DNA of 64,000 bases. Origin: an uncultured Jannaschia sp. (GTDB taxonomy: Bacteria; Pseudomonadota; Alphaproteobacteria; Rhodobacterales; Rhodobacteraceae). The position numbers and the translations under genes were made by a program. Shown piece after piece: positions 30,199 to 41,913 of the stretch (the stretch's first letter is position 1; each line of letters starts with the position of its first letter). Where the stretch lies: NCBI RefSeq assembly GCF_947494025.1, contig NZ_CANLTQ010000003.1:128069-192068 (forward strand), given 5' to 3'. Below the pieces are notes generated by a model. It ran no database searches. It was not told where the DNA came from and saw only the letters and a list, made by a program, of their open reading frames with translations.

Positions 30199-32238
30199 AT
30201 GGACGGCACGGTTCGCGACGATCTGTACATCGAGGAGCGCCGCCGTCGGCTCGCGGCCGAGCGCAAGCTCGAGCATACGCGCCGCGAGCTGTCCCGCGCC
30301 CATGCCGTCCTCACCGCCAATGCCGACCGGCTTTCGCGCGATTGCGTCGCCGAGCGCGAGCGGAGCCTGCGCCTCGCCGAGCGGCGGCGGGTCGCGCTGG
30401 CCGCGCAGCGCCGCGCGGCCGAACGGGCGGACCACGCGCGCCGAAGGCTCTGGCACGCGATCGAGACGATGCGCGACGGCTTCGCCCTGTTTGACGCCGA
30501 GGGCTGTCTCGTCGTGGCGAACCACGTCTATCTCGAGCTCTTCGACGGCGTCGGGATCCTCGGTCCCGGCGACCATATCAGCGAGATCTACGATCACGCG
30601 GTCGTGGAGGGCGTCTTCGACACCGGCGAGATGGATCCCGACGAATGGGTCGCGGAGCAGATCGCGCGGTGGGATGAGCCGTCCCCGCCGCCGCTGCACC
30701 TCACCCATTACGACGGCCGGGCCTTCCGCATCGAGGATCGTCACGTCCCCGACGGCGACATCGTCTCGGTCGCCATAGACATCACGGAACACCGCACGCG
30801 CGAAGCCGCGCTCGCCGCCGCCCGCGATGCCGCCGAAAGCACGGCAAGCGTCAAGACGCAGTTCCTCGCGCGGATCGGCCACGAGATCCGCACACCGATG
30901 AGCGGGGTCCTCGGCCTGGCGCAGATGCTCGCCGATCAGGCGGCGGACGCGGAGACCCGCCTCTCGGCACGCACGATCTGCGAGTCGGCCGAGGCGCTTC
31001 TCGGGATCGTGGACGACGCGCTCGACGTGTCGCGGCTCGACGAGAACGGCATCGCGCTGCGGGACGCGCCCTTCGATCTCGAGGCGCTGCTCTGCGATAG
31101 CGTCAGGCTGGCGATCGCCGAAGCGCGTCCGGGGGTCACGGTCGCGCTGGGCTACCCCCTCGGGGCGCGCACGCGCTTTCGCGGCGACGGGGCACGCGTG
31201 CGGCAGATCGTGTCGCATCTTCTCGGCAATGCGGTCCGGGTGACGGAGCGGGGGCATGTGATCCTGCAGGCTTCCGTCGCCGGGGGCGACCCGGCCCGCG
31301 TCGTCCTCGAGGTCGAGGATACCGGCCCCGGCATCGCGTCCGAGGACCAGTCCGCCGTCTTCGAGGCCTTCGCGCAGACGCCGGATCCCGATCGCCCCGC
31401 GCGGGAAGGAACCGGCCTCGGCCTGACCATCGCGCGTGGACTGGCCGAGCGCATGGGCGGGACGCTGACGGTGCGGAGCGCGCCGGGCGCGGGCGCGACC
31501 TTCGTCCTCGCCCTTCCGCTTGTGCTCGATGGTCCGGCGCCGGATGCGCCCGCCCTGCCGGGGGCGGTGGCGATCCCCGACGGCGTGTCCGGCGACGTCC
31601 TGGCCGCCCGGCTCGACGCGTGCGGCGCGACCGTGACGCGGAGGGTGACGCCCGCCTCGGAACGGGTGATCCTGCTCCTCGATCCCGATGGCGACCGTCA
31701 GCGCGCCGCGCTCGCGGCCTTGGCGCCCGGAGCTCGTCTCGTGGTGACGGGAAGGCGGGCGGACGCGCTGCCTGAAACGCTGTCGCGGGCCGACATCCTG
31801 CTGCCGGCGCCGGTGCGGGGGGCGGAGCTGATCGCCGCGCTGGCCTGGAACCGCACGGATGCGGTGCCCCCGCCGGCGCTCCGCATCCTCGTCGTCGACG
31901 ACAATGCGACGAACCGCCTGATCGCCGACCGGATGCTCGCGGGCGAGGGCTACGCGGTCGAGCTCGCCTCCGGCGGGATCGAGGCGCTCGCCGCGTTCGA
32001 GGCGCGGACGCCCGACGCGGTGATCCTCGACATCTCGATGCCCGACATGGACGGGTTCGAGGTCGCGGTCGCGATGCGTCGGTCGAGCGCTTCCGTCCCG
32101 ATCGTCGCGCTGACGGCGCATGTCGGCGCCGAGATCGCCGAGCGCCTGGCCCGGGCCGGCTTCGACGCCTACCTGACCAAGCCCCTTCGAAAGGCGGAGC
32201 TCCTCGCGGAGCTCGCCCGTCACTTCAGGGCAGGGTGA
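30199..32238 (+). CDS. Cytoplasmic hybrid sensor histidine kinase/response regulator (coiled coil, PAS, HisKA, HATPase, REC)
   Basis: AIETMRDGFALFD PAS segment, H-box GHEIRTPMSG, GNAV, DTGPGI, GTGLGL, C-terminal REC ILVVDDN..ILDISMPDMDG..LTKP. No transmembrane segment seen. The 3' end overlaps the asparaginase 3' end by 14 nt. Confidence 0.9.
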   Translation: MDGTVRDDLYIEERRRRLAAERKLEHTRRELSRAHAVLTANADRLSRDCVAERERSLRLAERRRVALAAQRRAAERADHARRRLWHAIETMRDGFALFDAEGCLVVANHVYLELFDGVGILGPGDHISEIYDHAVVEGVFDTGEMDPDEWVAEQIARWDEPSPPPLHLTHYDGRAFRIEDRHVPDGDIVSVAIDITEHRTREAALAAARDAAESTASVKTQFLARIGHEIRTPMSGVLGLAQMLADQAADAETRLSARTICESAEALLGIVDDALDVSRLDENGIALRDAPFDLEALLCDSVRLAIAEARPGVTVALGYPLGARTRFRGDGARVRQIVSHLLGNAVRVTERGHVILQASVAGGDPARVVLEVEDTGPGIASEDQSAVFEAFAQTPDPDRPAREGTGLGLTIARGLAERMGGTLTVRSAPGAGATFVLALPLVLDGPAPDAPALPGAVAIPDGVSGDVLAARLDACGATVTRRVTPASERVILLLDPDGDRQRAALAALAPGARLVVTGRRADALPETLSRADILLPAPVRGAELIAALAWNRTDAVPPPALRILVVDDNATNRLIADRMLAGEGYAVELASGGIEALAAFEARTPDAVILDISMPDMDGFEVAVAMRRSSASVPIVALTAHVGAEIAERLARAGFDAYLTKPLRKAELLAELARHFRAG

Positions 32239-33220
32239 CCTCGTAGCGGCCGGTCACGGTGCCGCGGCAATTCGCGATCGGCCCCTCCGTGAGGCGTCGC
32301 GCCACCGGCGCCGTCGCGTCGAGCACGCCGAGCCGCACGAGCAGTGCCGCGATCGTGGCTTCCGCCGCGCGGGTGCCGCCATCGACGATCTTGAGCGCCA
32401 CGCCGCGGTCGAGCTCCGGCACGATGGCGATGAACACCGCCTCTGCCCCGGTCTTGACCGCGACGCGACCCTCCATCGCGCGCATCAGATCGGTGCAGGC
32501 CCGGCCCTCGCCGGCGACGAGTTCGGGCGCCGCGCCCATCGCGCGCGTCAGCCGCGCCATCGCGTCCGCCCGCGTGCCGCCGCCCTCGCGCGCCGCCGCG
32601 AAGCGTCCCATCGCGCCGCCGAGCGCGTCGAGCCGGGTGGCGAAGTTCGGTGCCGAGCAGCCGTCGATGCCCCAGCCGGGGCTGTCCATCTCCGTCACCT
32701 CCTCGAAGGTGCGGCGCACGGCGATCTGCACCGGATGGTCGATCTCCACGTAGTCCGGTCCGCCACCGAGCAGCTTCGACAGGGTCAGGAACCCCGCATG
32801 CTTGCCCGAGCAGTTGTTGTGCAGCTGACAGGGCGCCTCGCCCCCGCGGATCAGGTCCGCCTTGGCGTCGTCCGCGTAGGGCATGTGCGTCCCGCAGCGC
32901 AGGTCCGCCTCCGTCAAGTCGAGATCCGCGAGCCATGCCGACACCGCTTCCGTATGGATCGCCGCGCCCTGATGCGAGGCGCAGGCCAGCGCCACCTGAC
33001 GGTCCGTCAGGTCGCGCCCGGCGCCCGATTCCAGAAGCGGCAACGCCTGGATCATCTTGCACGACGAGCGCGGGTAGATCACCGCCGCGGGGTCGCCCCA
33101 GGCCTCCACCACCGCGCCCGTGCCGTCGCAGATCACCGCATGGCCACGATGGACGGATTCGATCCGGTCGCCGCGGATCACCCGCATCAGTTCGACCGCG
33201 CCGTCGCTCACTTCCGTCAT
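32225..33220 (-). CDS. L-asparaginase II (rhizobial class 3 type)
   Basis: RGDRIESVHRG, YPRSSCKMIQA, NNCSGKHAGFL, GIDGCSAPN, KTGAEAV. Confidence 0.88.
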   Translation of the reverse strand: MTEVSDGAVELMRVIRGDRIESVHRGHAVICDGTGAVVEAWGDPAAVIYPRSSCKMIQALPLLESGAGRDLTDRQVALACASHQGAAIHTEAVSAWLADLDLTEADLRCGTHMPYADDAKADLIRGGEAPCQLHNNCSGKHAGFLTLSKLLGGGPDYVEIDHPVQIAVRRTFEEVTEMDSPGWGIDGCSAPNFATRLDALGGAMGRFAAAREGGGTRADAMARLTRAMGAAPELVAGEGRACTDLMRAMEGRVAVKTGAEAVFIAIVPELDRGVALKIVDGGTRAAEATIAALLVRLGVLDATAPVARRLTEGPIANCRGTVTGRYEVTLP

Positions 33221-33376
33221 GCTGCCTCCGATCCGGAAAATGTCCCGCACGGTCTTTCCGACCGGGCTCGGCTCGGGCTATCAGTATCGCGATAGATAGG
33301 GAACCACGCGCCCCGGCGACTCTCGACCGGACCGGTCGGGTCGTCCGCGCCGCCCAGAGGACAGAAGGCCGAACCC

Positions 33377-33916
33377 GTGACAATTCCGAAGACGATCACC
33401 GCTGCCCTGCTGACCGGAATGCTGGCCCTGCCGGTTGCCACGTCCGCGGCCTTCGCGCAGGACAGCACCAACCGCGTGGCGACCGAGACCGACTGGTCCG
33501 TCTTCGTGGAGGACGATCCGACCCAGTGCTGGATCGTCTCCGCGCCCAAGGAAATCCGCAACGTTCGCAACGGGGAGGAGGTCGAGGCGCGGCGCGGCGA
33601 GATCCGCCTGTTCGTGAGCTACTGGCCCGGCGACGGCAAACGGGGCGAGGTTTCCGCGACCGGCGGCTATCCCTATGCCGACGGTTCCCCCGTCACGATC
33701 GAGATCGGCTCCGACAGTTTCGAGATGTTCACCGATGGGGAGCTGGCCTGGGCCGCCACGCCGGCGCAGGACGGCGAGATCATCGCCGCGATGAAGCGCG
33801 GGGCGCAGGCGGTCGTCATCGGCCAGTCGAGCCGGGGCACCCGCACCGAGGACACGTTCAGCCTTCTGGGCTTCACCGCCGCCGTGGAGGACGCCGAGGA
33901 ACGCTGCACCTCCTGA
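33377..33916 (+). CDS. Invasion-associated locus B (IalB) family periplasmic protein
   Basis: Signal peptide, [36 protein letters not shown]. Confidence 0.82.
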   Translation: MTIPKTITAALLTGMLALPVATSAAFAQDSTNRVATETDWSVFVEDDPTQCWIVSAPKEIRNVRNGEEVEARRGEIRLFVSYWPGDGKRGEVSATGGYPYADGSPVTIEIGSDSFEMFTDGELAWAATPAQDGEIIAAMKRGAQAVVIGQSSRGTRTEDTFSLLGFTAAVEDAEERCTS

Positions 33917-33933
33917 CGCCCGGCGCGGGCCGT

Positions 33934-33962
33934 TTGCGATTTCACGCGGGCGTCCCTATATG
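33934..33962 (+). promoter_or_regulatory. Candidate sigma32/sigma70 promoter for rlmN
   Basis: TTG-N18-CCTATAT (also readable as TTGCGA-N17-TATATG), 43 nt upstream of ATG 34005. Confidence 0.45.
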
Positions 33963-34004
33963 GGGCGCCCGTTCCCGTTTTCTGCCTCGATCCGGAGTTC
34001 CGCC

Positions 34005-35180
<1,176 letters not shown>

Positions 35181-35461
35181 GCGCAAGGGCCGTACCGGTG
35201 ATGCACCGGCTGCGCGTCCGACCGGTTGGGGTGGTCGCAAGACGGCCGGAATGTCCCGATCGGGAGAGAGACGTCGCCCCGCGATGGCACCGTCGGGCAG
35301 ATCGGCGCCACCGGCGGGGCGAGAGGTCGGGGATGGATCGCAACGGGTCGATCCCGGTCATGGGTTCGGAGGATGCGGTTCGCGCGCCGGACAGGCCGTC
35401 GTGTCGCATCCATGTGACGGGCAGGCGAGGTCTCTGCGCCGGTCGCGCATCCGGGCAATCG

Positions 35462-36337
35462 TCAGCCGACGAAGTCCTCCCGCCGATATCCCTGCAGGTA
35501 GAGCAGCGCCGTCAGGTCGCCGTGGTTGATCCGGTGCCGCGCCTCCGCCTGCACCGCGGGCTTCGCATGGAGCGCCACGCCCATCCCGGCGCGTAGGAGC
35601 ATCCCCAAATCGTTCGCCCCGTCGCCCACGGCAAGCACGTCCTCCTCGTTGATGCCCATCTCCGCCGTCAGTTCCTCCAGCGCGGCGACCTTGGCCGCCC
35701 GACCGAGGATCGGCTCGCCCGGCTCCCCCGTGAGCCGTTCGTCCGCCACCAGAAGCGTGTTCGCCCGGTTCCAGTCGAAGCCGAGGCGGGCCGCGATCGC
35801 CCCGGTGAAGGCCGTGAACCCGCCCGAGACCAGCGCCGCCTTCGCGCCCGCCGCCTTCATCGTCGCGACCAGCGCGGCTCCGCCCGGCATCGGCGTGATC
35901 CGCTCGGCCAGTACCTTGTCGATCACGTCCGCAGGCAGGCCGGCCAGAAGCGCGACCCGCTCCCTGAGCGCGCCCTCGAAGCCGATTTCCCCGTTCATCG
36001 CGCGCGCGGTGATCGCCGCCACGCGCGGCCCGACCCCCGCCTCGGCGGCCAGTTCGTCCACGCATTCCTGCTGGATCATCGTCGAATCCATGTCCGCGAG
36101 CAGAAGCCGCTTCCGGCGTCCCGCCGCCGGCACGACGTTCAGGTCGAGCCCAAACCCGTCGAGCTCCGCCCGCACGGAATCGAGGTTGTCGGGCATGGCG
36201 GGAATGTCGAACTCCGCCGCCTCGCCCCGCGCGAGCCACCGCGCCGCGCCGCCGCCCCAGCCGTTCCGGAGCGCTTCCACCATCGAGGTCTTCAGGTTTG
36301 CGGCGCCGGGCGCGGCGGACAGGACGGCGACGAACAT
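35462..36337 (-). CDS. serB: Phosphoserine phosphatase
   Basis: HAD motifs [22 protein letters not shown]; divergent from serC-serA. Confidence 0.94.
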   Translation of the reverse strand: MFVAVLSAAPGAANLKTSMVEALRNGWGGGAARWLARGEAAEFDIPAMPDNLDSVRAELDGFGLDLNVVPAAGRRKRLLLADMDSTMIQQECVDELAAEAGVGPRVAAITARAMNGEIGFEGALRERVALLAGLPADVIDKVLAERITPMPGGAALVATMKAAGAKAALVSGGFTAFTGAIAARLGFDWNRANTLLVADERLTGEPGEPILGRAAKVAALEELTAEMGINEEDVLAVGDGANDLGMLLRAGMGVALHAKPAVQAEARHRINHGDLTALLYLQGYRREDFVG

Positions 36338-36421
36338 GGGCGAACTCCGGGCGGTTTCGCGCGCCATAGCCGCGGAATGGTCCTTGCGCGACCCCCGGGC
36401 GGGGAATACCGACACCGGTGG

Positions 36422-36467
36422 GACACCCCTCCCCAACGAGGGGCATTTATCTGCAAGGATAGACATG
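36422..36467 (+). ncRNA. serC leader cis-regulatory RNA
   Basis: P1 CCCCTC-CCCAAC-GAGGGG (36426-36443) and P2 TATCT-GCAA-GGATA (36448-36461, GNRA tetraloop) covering the ribosome-binding site directly before the serC ATG. Position and two-hairpin layout match the alphaproteobacterial serC leader as I recall it. Confidence 0.7.
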
Positions 36468-37604
36468 ACCGATCTCCAGATCCCGTCCGCGCGGCCGGCC
36501 AATCCGCGTTTTTCCTCCGGCCCCTGCGCCAAACCCCCGCATTATGACCTCCGGCTCCTCGCGGACGCGCCGCTGGGTCGCAGCCACCGGGCCGGTCTGG
36601 GCAAGGCCAAGCTCGCGGAGCTCATCGACCGGACCCGTGCCCTTCTCGGCGTGCCCGACGATTACCGCGTCGGCATCGTCCCCGCCTCCGACACCGGCGC
36701 CTACGAGATGGCCATGTGGACCATGCTCGGTGCCCGTCCCGTCACCATGCTGGCTTGGGAAAGCTTCGGGTCCGGCTGGGTGACCGACGCGGTGAAGCAG
36801 CTCGACCTCGACGCCGAGGTGCGGACCGCCGATTACGGTGCGCTGCCCGATCTGGCCTACGACAAGGCCCGCGACGTCTGCTTCACCTGGAACGGCACCA
36901 CCTCCGGGGTGCGCGTCCCCGACGGCGACTGGATCGCCGACGACCGCGAGGCGCTGACCCTATGCGACGCGACGTCCGCCGCCTTCGCGATGGCGCTGCC
37001 CTGGTCGAAGCTCGACGTGACCACCTTCTCCTGGCAGAAGGTCCTGGGCGGGGAGGGGGCGCACGGCGTCCTGATCCTGTCGCCCCGCGCCGTCGAACGG
37101 CTGGAAAGCTACACGCCCGCCTGGCCGCTCCCGAAAATCTTCCGCCTCACCAAAGGCGGCAGGCTCATCGAGGGGATCTTCCGCGGCGAGACGATCAACA
37201 CGCCGTCGATGCTCTGCGTCGAGGATTGCCTCGTCGCGCTGGATTGGGCCGAAAGGGTCGGCCGCCGGGGTCTCGTCGATCGCGCGACGGAAAGCGCGCG
37301 CCACGTCTGGGATTTCTGCGCGCGCCACGACTGGATCGCCAACCTCGCCCGCGACCCGGCCACCCGCTCCACCACCTCCGTCTGCCTCCGCTTCACCAGC
37401 GACATGCCTGGCGATTTCGCCAAGCGCGTGGCCAGGCGGCTCGAGACCGAGGGCGTGGCCTATGACATCGCGAGCTACCGCGACGCCCCGGCCGGCCTGC
37501 GCATCTGGTGCGGCTCCACCGTCGAGCCGGACGACGTGGCCGCGCTCATGCCGTGGATCGAATGGGCCTACCGCGCCGAGCGCGATACCGCGCCCGCCGC
37601 CTGA
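36465..37604 (+). CDS. serC: Phosphoserine aminotransferase (alphaproteobacterial/Methanosarcina type)
   Basis: [56 protein letters not shown]. Confidence 0.96.
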   Translation: MTDLQIPSARPANPRFSSGPCAKPPHYDLRLLADAPLGRSHRAGLGKAKLAELIDRTRALLGVPDDYRVGIVPASDTGAYEMAMWTMLGARPVTMLAWESFGSGWVTDAVKQLDLDAEVRTADYGALPDLAYDKARDVCFTWNGTTSGVRVPDGDWIADDREALTLCDATSAAFAMALPWSKLDVTTFSWQKVLGGEGAHGVLILSPRAVERLESYTPAWPLPKIFRLTKGGRLIEGIFRGETINTPSMLCVEDCLVALDWAERVGRRGLVDRATESARHVWDFCARHDWIANLARDPATRSTTSVCLRFTSDMPGDFAKRVARRLETEGVAYDIASYRDAPAGLRIWCGSTVEPDDVAALMPWIEWAYRAERDTAPAA

Positions 37605-37658
37605 ACCAGCTTTCGGGTCCGGCCCCCCCGGATCCAACCCCCTAGACAGGAGCCTGAC

Positions 37659-39251
37659 ATGGCCCCCCGTGTTCTCATTTCCGACAAGCTGTCGGACGCC
37701 GCCGTGCAGATCTTCCGCGACCGCGGCATCGACGTCACCTTCGAGCCCGGACTCGGCAAGGACAAGGAGGCGCTCGCCGCGCGAATCGGCGAGTTCGACG
37801 GCCTCGCCATCCGGTCCGCCACCAAGGTCACCGAAAAGCTGCTCGCGGCTGCGCCGAATCTGAAGGTCGTCGGCCGCGCGGGCATCGGAACCGACAACGT
37901 CGACAAGGAGGCCGCCTCCCGGCGCGGCGTGATCGTGATGAACACGCCCTACGGCAACATGATCACCACCGCGGAGCACGCGATCGCGCTGATGTTCGCC
38001 GTCGCCCGCCAGATCCCCGAGGCCAACGCCTCCACCCATGCCGGCAAGTGGGAGAAGTCCCGCTTCATGGGCGTCGAGCTGACCGGCAAGACGCTCGGCG
38101 TGGTCGGCGCAGGGAACATCGGCGGCATCGTCTGCCAGAAAGCCGTGGGTCTCGGCATGAAGGTCGTGGCCTACGACCCGTTCCTCTCCGAGGACCGGGC
38201 GGCGAAGCTCGGCGTGGAGAAGGTCGACCTCGATACGCTGCTCGCGCGCGCCGACGTCATCACGCTCCACGTCCCGCTGACCGAGCAGACCCGCAACATC
38301 CTGTCCGCCGAGAACATCGCGAAGACGAAGAAGGGTGTCCGCATCGTCAACTGCGCACGCGGCGGCCTCGTCGACGAGGCGGCTTTGGCCCAGGCGCTCC
38401 GGTCCGGCCACGTCGCCGGCGCCGCCTTCGACGTCTTCGCGGAGGAGCCGGCGACCGCCTCGCCGCTCTTCAACTTGCCGGGCGTCGTCGTCACGCCCCA
38501 TCTCGGCGCCGCCACGACCGAGGCGCAGGAGAACGTGGCCCTGCAGGTGGCGGAGCAGATGTCGGATTACCTGCTGACCGGTGCCGTGACGAACGCGCTC
38601 AACATGCCCTCCGTCACCGCCGAGGAGGCCAAGGTGATGGGGCCGTGGATCAAGGTGGCCGAGCATCTGGGCGCCTTCGTGGGCCAGATGACCGACGAGC
38701 CGATCAAGGCCATTGAGATCGTCTACAACGGCGTCGTCTCGAAGATGAACCTCGAGGCCTTGAACTGCTCGGTGATCGCCGGCGTGATGGCGGCGACCAA
38801 TCCGGACGTGAACATGGTGTCCGCCCCGGTCCTCGCCCGCGAGCGCGGCGTGGAGATCTCCACCACCCGTCAGGACAAGACCGGCGCCTTCGAGGGCTAC
38901 GTCAAGCTCGTGGTTCGGACGGCCACGCGCGAGCGTTCGGTCGCCGGCACCGCCTTCTCCGACGGCAAGCCGCGCTTCATCCAGATCAAGGGCATCAACA
39001 TCGACGCCGAGGTCGGCGCGCACATGCTCTACACCACCAACAAGGACAAGCCGGGGGTGATCGGCACGCTGGGCGTGACGCTGGGCGAGAACGGGGTGAA
39101 CATCGCGAACTTCACGCTGGGCCGCTCCGATCAGGGCCGCGACGCGATCGCGCTTCTCTACCTCGACGAGCAGCCGCCGAAGGCCGTTCTGGACAAGCTC
39201 CGCGCGACCGGCCTCTTCCAGAGCGTCGCGCCGCTGCGGTTCAACGTCTGA
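37659..39251 (+). CDS. serA: D-3-phosphoglycerate dehydrogenase
   Basis: [35 protein letters not shown]-terminal ACT domain DKPGVIG..NIANF. Confidence 0.97.
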   Translation: MAPRVLISDKLSDAAVQIFRDRGIDVTFEPGLGKDKEALAARIGEFDGLAIRSATKVTEKLLAAAPNLKVVGRAGIGTDNVDKEAASRRGVIVMNTPYGNMITTAEHAIALMFAVARQIPEANASTHAGKWEKSRFMGVELTGKTLGVVGAGNIGGIVCQKAVGLGMKVVAYDPFLSEDRAAKLGVEKVDLDTLLARADVITLHVPLTEQTRNILSAENIAKTKKGVRIVNCARGGLVDEAALAQALRSGHVAGAAFDVFAEEPATASPLFNLPGVVVTPHLGAATTEAQENVALQVAEQMSDYLLTGAVTNALNMPSVTAEEAKVMGPWIKVAEHLGAFVGQMTDEPIKAIEIVYNGVVSKMNLEALNCSVIAGVMAATNPDVNMVSAPVLARERGVEISTTRQDKTGAFEGYVKLVVRTATRERSVAGTAFSDGKPRFIQIKGINIDAEVGAHMLYTTNKDKPGVIGTLGVTLGENGVNIANFTLGRSDQGRDAIALLYLDEQPPKAVLDKLRATGLFQSVAPLRFNV

Positions 39252-39399
39252 CGGGGCGAGACGCACCGCCGTCCGTGCTCGTCGAAATCTTCGAGGTCCG
39301 GGGACGAGCCCCCGGTCCTCCTTCACGGTCGATGCCCCGACCCGTTGCGCAGGTCACCGGCCGTCTCTAGAGGTCGGGCGCGGACCTGGGAGGTGGGAC

Positions 39400-40632
39400 A
39401 TGCCCGACGATCTTCTGAACTCCTTCATGACCGGCCCCGACGAGAAGGGGCGCTTCGGCGATTTCGGCGGGCGCTTCGTCTCCGAGACGCTGATGCCGCT
39501 CATCCTTGAATTGGAGCGGCAATACGAGCATGCCAAGACCGACGACACGTTCTGGGCGGAGATGCACGATCTCTGGACGCATTACGTCGGCCGGCCAAGC
39601 CCGCTCTACTTCGCCGAGCGTCTGACCGCGCATCTCGGCGGGGCGAAGATCTACCTCAAGCGCGACGAGCTGAACCATACCGGCGCGCACAAGATCAACA
39701 ACGTGCTGGGCCAGATCATCCTCGCCCGCCGCATGGGCAAGACCCGCATCATCGCCGAGACGGGCGCGGGGCAGCACGGCGTGGCGACCGCGACGGTCTG
39801 CGCGAAGTTCGGTCTGAAATGCGTCGTCTACATGGGCGCCCACGACGTGGAGCGGCAATCGCCCAACGTGTTCCGCATGAAGCTGCTCGGGGCCGAGGTC
39901 ATCCCCGTCACCTCGGGGCGCGGCACGCTCAAGGATGCGATGAACGACGCGCTGCGCGACTGGGTCACGAATATCGGCGACACGTTCTACTGCATCGGCA
40001 CCGTCGCGGGGCCGCACCCCTATCCGGCGATGGTGCGCGACTTCCAGGCGATCATCGGCAAGGAGGCGCGTGCCCAGATGCAGGAGGCCGAGGGCCGGCT
40101 TCCCGACACGCTCATCGCCGCGATCGGGGGCGGGTCGAACGCGATGGGCCTGTTCTACCCCTTTCTCGACGACAAGGAGGTGTCGATCATCGGCGTGGAG
40201 GCCGGCGGCAAGGGCGTGAACGAGAAGATGGAGCATTGCGCCTCCCTGACCGGCGGGCGGCCCGGCGTGCTGCACGGCAACCGGACCTACCTGCTGCAGG
40301 ACGAGGACGGGCAGATCCTCGAAGGGTTCAGCATTTCCGCCGGGCTCGACTATCCGGGTATCGGGCCGGAACATGCCTGGCTGCACGATACCGGGCGGGC
40401 CAAGTACGTCTCGATTACCGATGCCGAGGCGCTGGAGGCGTTCCAGCTCTGCTGCGAGATGGAGGGGATTATTCCTGCGCTGGAGCCGTCGCATGCGCTT
40501 GCTCACGTGACGAAGATCGCGCCCGACCTGCCGTCCGACCACATCATTTGCATGAATCTCTGCGGTCGCGGCGACAAGGATATCTTCACCGTCGCGAAGG
40601 CGCTTGGCTGGAACATGGCGTCGGGGGGCTAG
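39400..40632 (+). CDS. trpB: Tryptophan synthase beta subunit
   Basis: [55 protein letters not shown]. Confidence 0.98.
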   Translation: MPDDLLNSFMTGPDEKGRFGDFGGRFVSETLMPLILELERQYEHAKTDDTFWAEMHDLWTHYVGRPSPLYFAERLTAHLGGAKIYLKRDELNHTGAHKINNVLGQIILARRMGKTRIIAETGAGQHGVATATVCAKFGLKCVVYMGAHDVERQSPNVFRMKLLGAEVIPVTSGRGTLKDAMNDALRDWVTNIGDTFYCIGTVAGPHPYPAMVRDFQAIIGKEARAQMQEAEGRLPDTLIAAIGGGSNAMGLFYPFLDDKEVSIIGVEAGGKGVNEKMEHCASLTGGRPGVLHGNRTYLLQDEDGQILEGFSISAGLDYPGIGPEHAWLHDTGRAKYVSITDAEALEAFQLCCEMEGIIPALEPSHALAHVTKIAPDLPSDHIICMNLCGRGDKDIFTVAKALGWNMASGG

Positions 40633-40783
40633 GATCCGCGTTTCGCGACGTAGACGAATGTTCCTGTCGGCGGCACGCCGGACCGCTTTCGATCGCCCGT
40701 ATGGGCGGTAGTTCGTCACCCACCCGCAGCCGGGATCCGCGCTTTTCGCGAAGGCGAACCTCGGAGTGTCTTGGCTGGACGGG

Positions 40784-41380
40784 CTAGCGGATCCGCGGGA
40801 TCTGCGGTGCCGCGTCCATCGGGATGGTGCCGTCGAGGCGCGGATCCTCCACGACCTCCACTTCGCGACGCACGGGAACGAAGCCCGAGCGGATGTAGAA
40901 GGGCAGCGCGACCGGGCTGTCGAAGGTGCAGGTGTGGATGTGCAGCCGCGCGATGGGCCGCGCGAAGGCGCGGGCGATCCCGGCCTCGATCAGCGCCCGT
41001 CCCGCACCCTTGCTCTGCGCGGCCGGGGCGAGGCCCAGAAAGGCCAGCTCGCAACTCTGCTCGTCGCGGAAGTCGAGCTCCAGAAGCCCCTCCGCCCGTC
41101 CGTCGATTTCGAGCGCGAAGACCTCCACATCCGCATCCGCAAGGATCGCGGACAGCTCCGTCCGCGACAAACGCAAGCGCGAGAACCACATCCAGTTGAG
41201 CCCGCCTACGCGAAGGAACAGATCGCGGTACCAGTCCGGATCCGGCGCCGCGACCCGGCGCAGTGTCATGCCGGCCGGCATGGCGGCATCGAGCGAAGGG
41301 GGCGGAGCGCGCATCTCCAGATGGGTGACGACGGCCGCGATGTGGCCGGGGCCTATGGAATGGAGACCGGGTTCGAGCAT
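40784..41380 (-). CDS. GNAT family N-acetyltransferase
   Basis: VVTHLEM, WYRDLFLRVG..WMWFSR, LAFLGL..QSKGAGRALI, HTCTFDSPVALPFYIRSGF. Confidence 0.86.
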   Translation of the reverse strand: MLEPGLHSIGPGHIAAVVTHLEMRAPPPSLDAAMPAGMTLRRVAAPDPDWYRDLFLRVGGLNWMWFSRLRLSRTELSAILADADVEVFALEIDGRAEGLLELDFRDEQSCELAFLGLAPAAQSKGAGRALIEAGIARAFARPIARLHIHTCTFDSPVALPFYIRSGFVPVRREVEVVEDPRLDGTIPMDAAPQIPRIR

Positions 41381-41452
41381 CGATCATGGAGTTAGAGGAT
41401 GCCGGGCCGGGATACCAGCACCGGCGAGCGAGACGCCGGGACCGTGATCGCT

Positions 41453-41839
41453 TCAGGAAAGGTCGATGGCGTAGCGCCGCAGCACCTCCCTCGGCACGAT
41501 TTCGAGCGTTCGCTCGTGCGTGGCGGCCAGTCGGATGCGCGGCGCGGCCCCGTGCTCGTGGGCCTCGATGAATCGCGCGGCGCAAAGGCACCAGCGGTTG
41601 CCGGGCTGGAGGCCGGCGAAGCCGAATTCGGGCCGGGGCGTGCTCAGATCGTTGCCGCGCATTTTCGAGTACGCGAGGAACTCCTCGGTGACGACGGCGC
41701 AAACCGTGTGTACCCCCGCATCCATCGCGCCCGTGTTGCAGCATCCGTCGCGGAAGAAGCCCGTCATCGGCTCGGTCGAGCAGGTCTGGAGCCGCTCGCC
41801 GAGGACGCTCACGCTCGGTCGTTTCCCTGTTTCCGGCAT
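41453..41839 (-). CDS. DUF2237 family protein
   Basis: SVLGERLQTCS..PMTGFFRDGCC..GVHTVCA..GNDLSTP..GNRWCLCA.R..ATH. Confidence 0.88.
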   Translation of the reverse strand: MPETGKRPSVSVLGERLQTCSTEPMTGFFRDGCCNTGAMDAGVHTVCAVVTEEFLAYSKMRGNDLSTPRPEFGFAGLQPGNRWCLCAARFIEAHEHGAAPRIRLAATHERTLEIVPREVLRRYAIDLS

Positions 41840-41913
41840 GGCGTCGCTCCCTCTGCTATCGACCCTCGCCCTTTGACATAGCGCCGTCCCGCCGCGCCCG
41901 CCACGATCCCGGC

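Noticed and set aside
35526-36464. N-terminal extensions in the ORF track (serC 35526, recQ 15618, dapE 11276, xerC 4855, M16 57314, AGT 45864 and others)
   Set aside because: They overlap neighbouring genes and lack homology-like composition. Downstream starts have ribosome-binding sites and typical N-termini.
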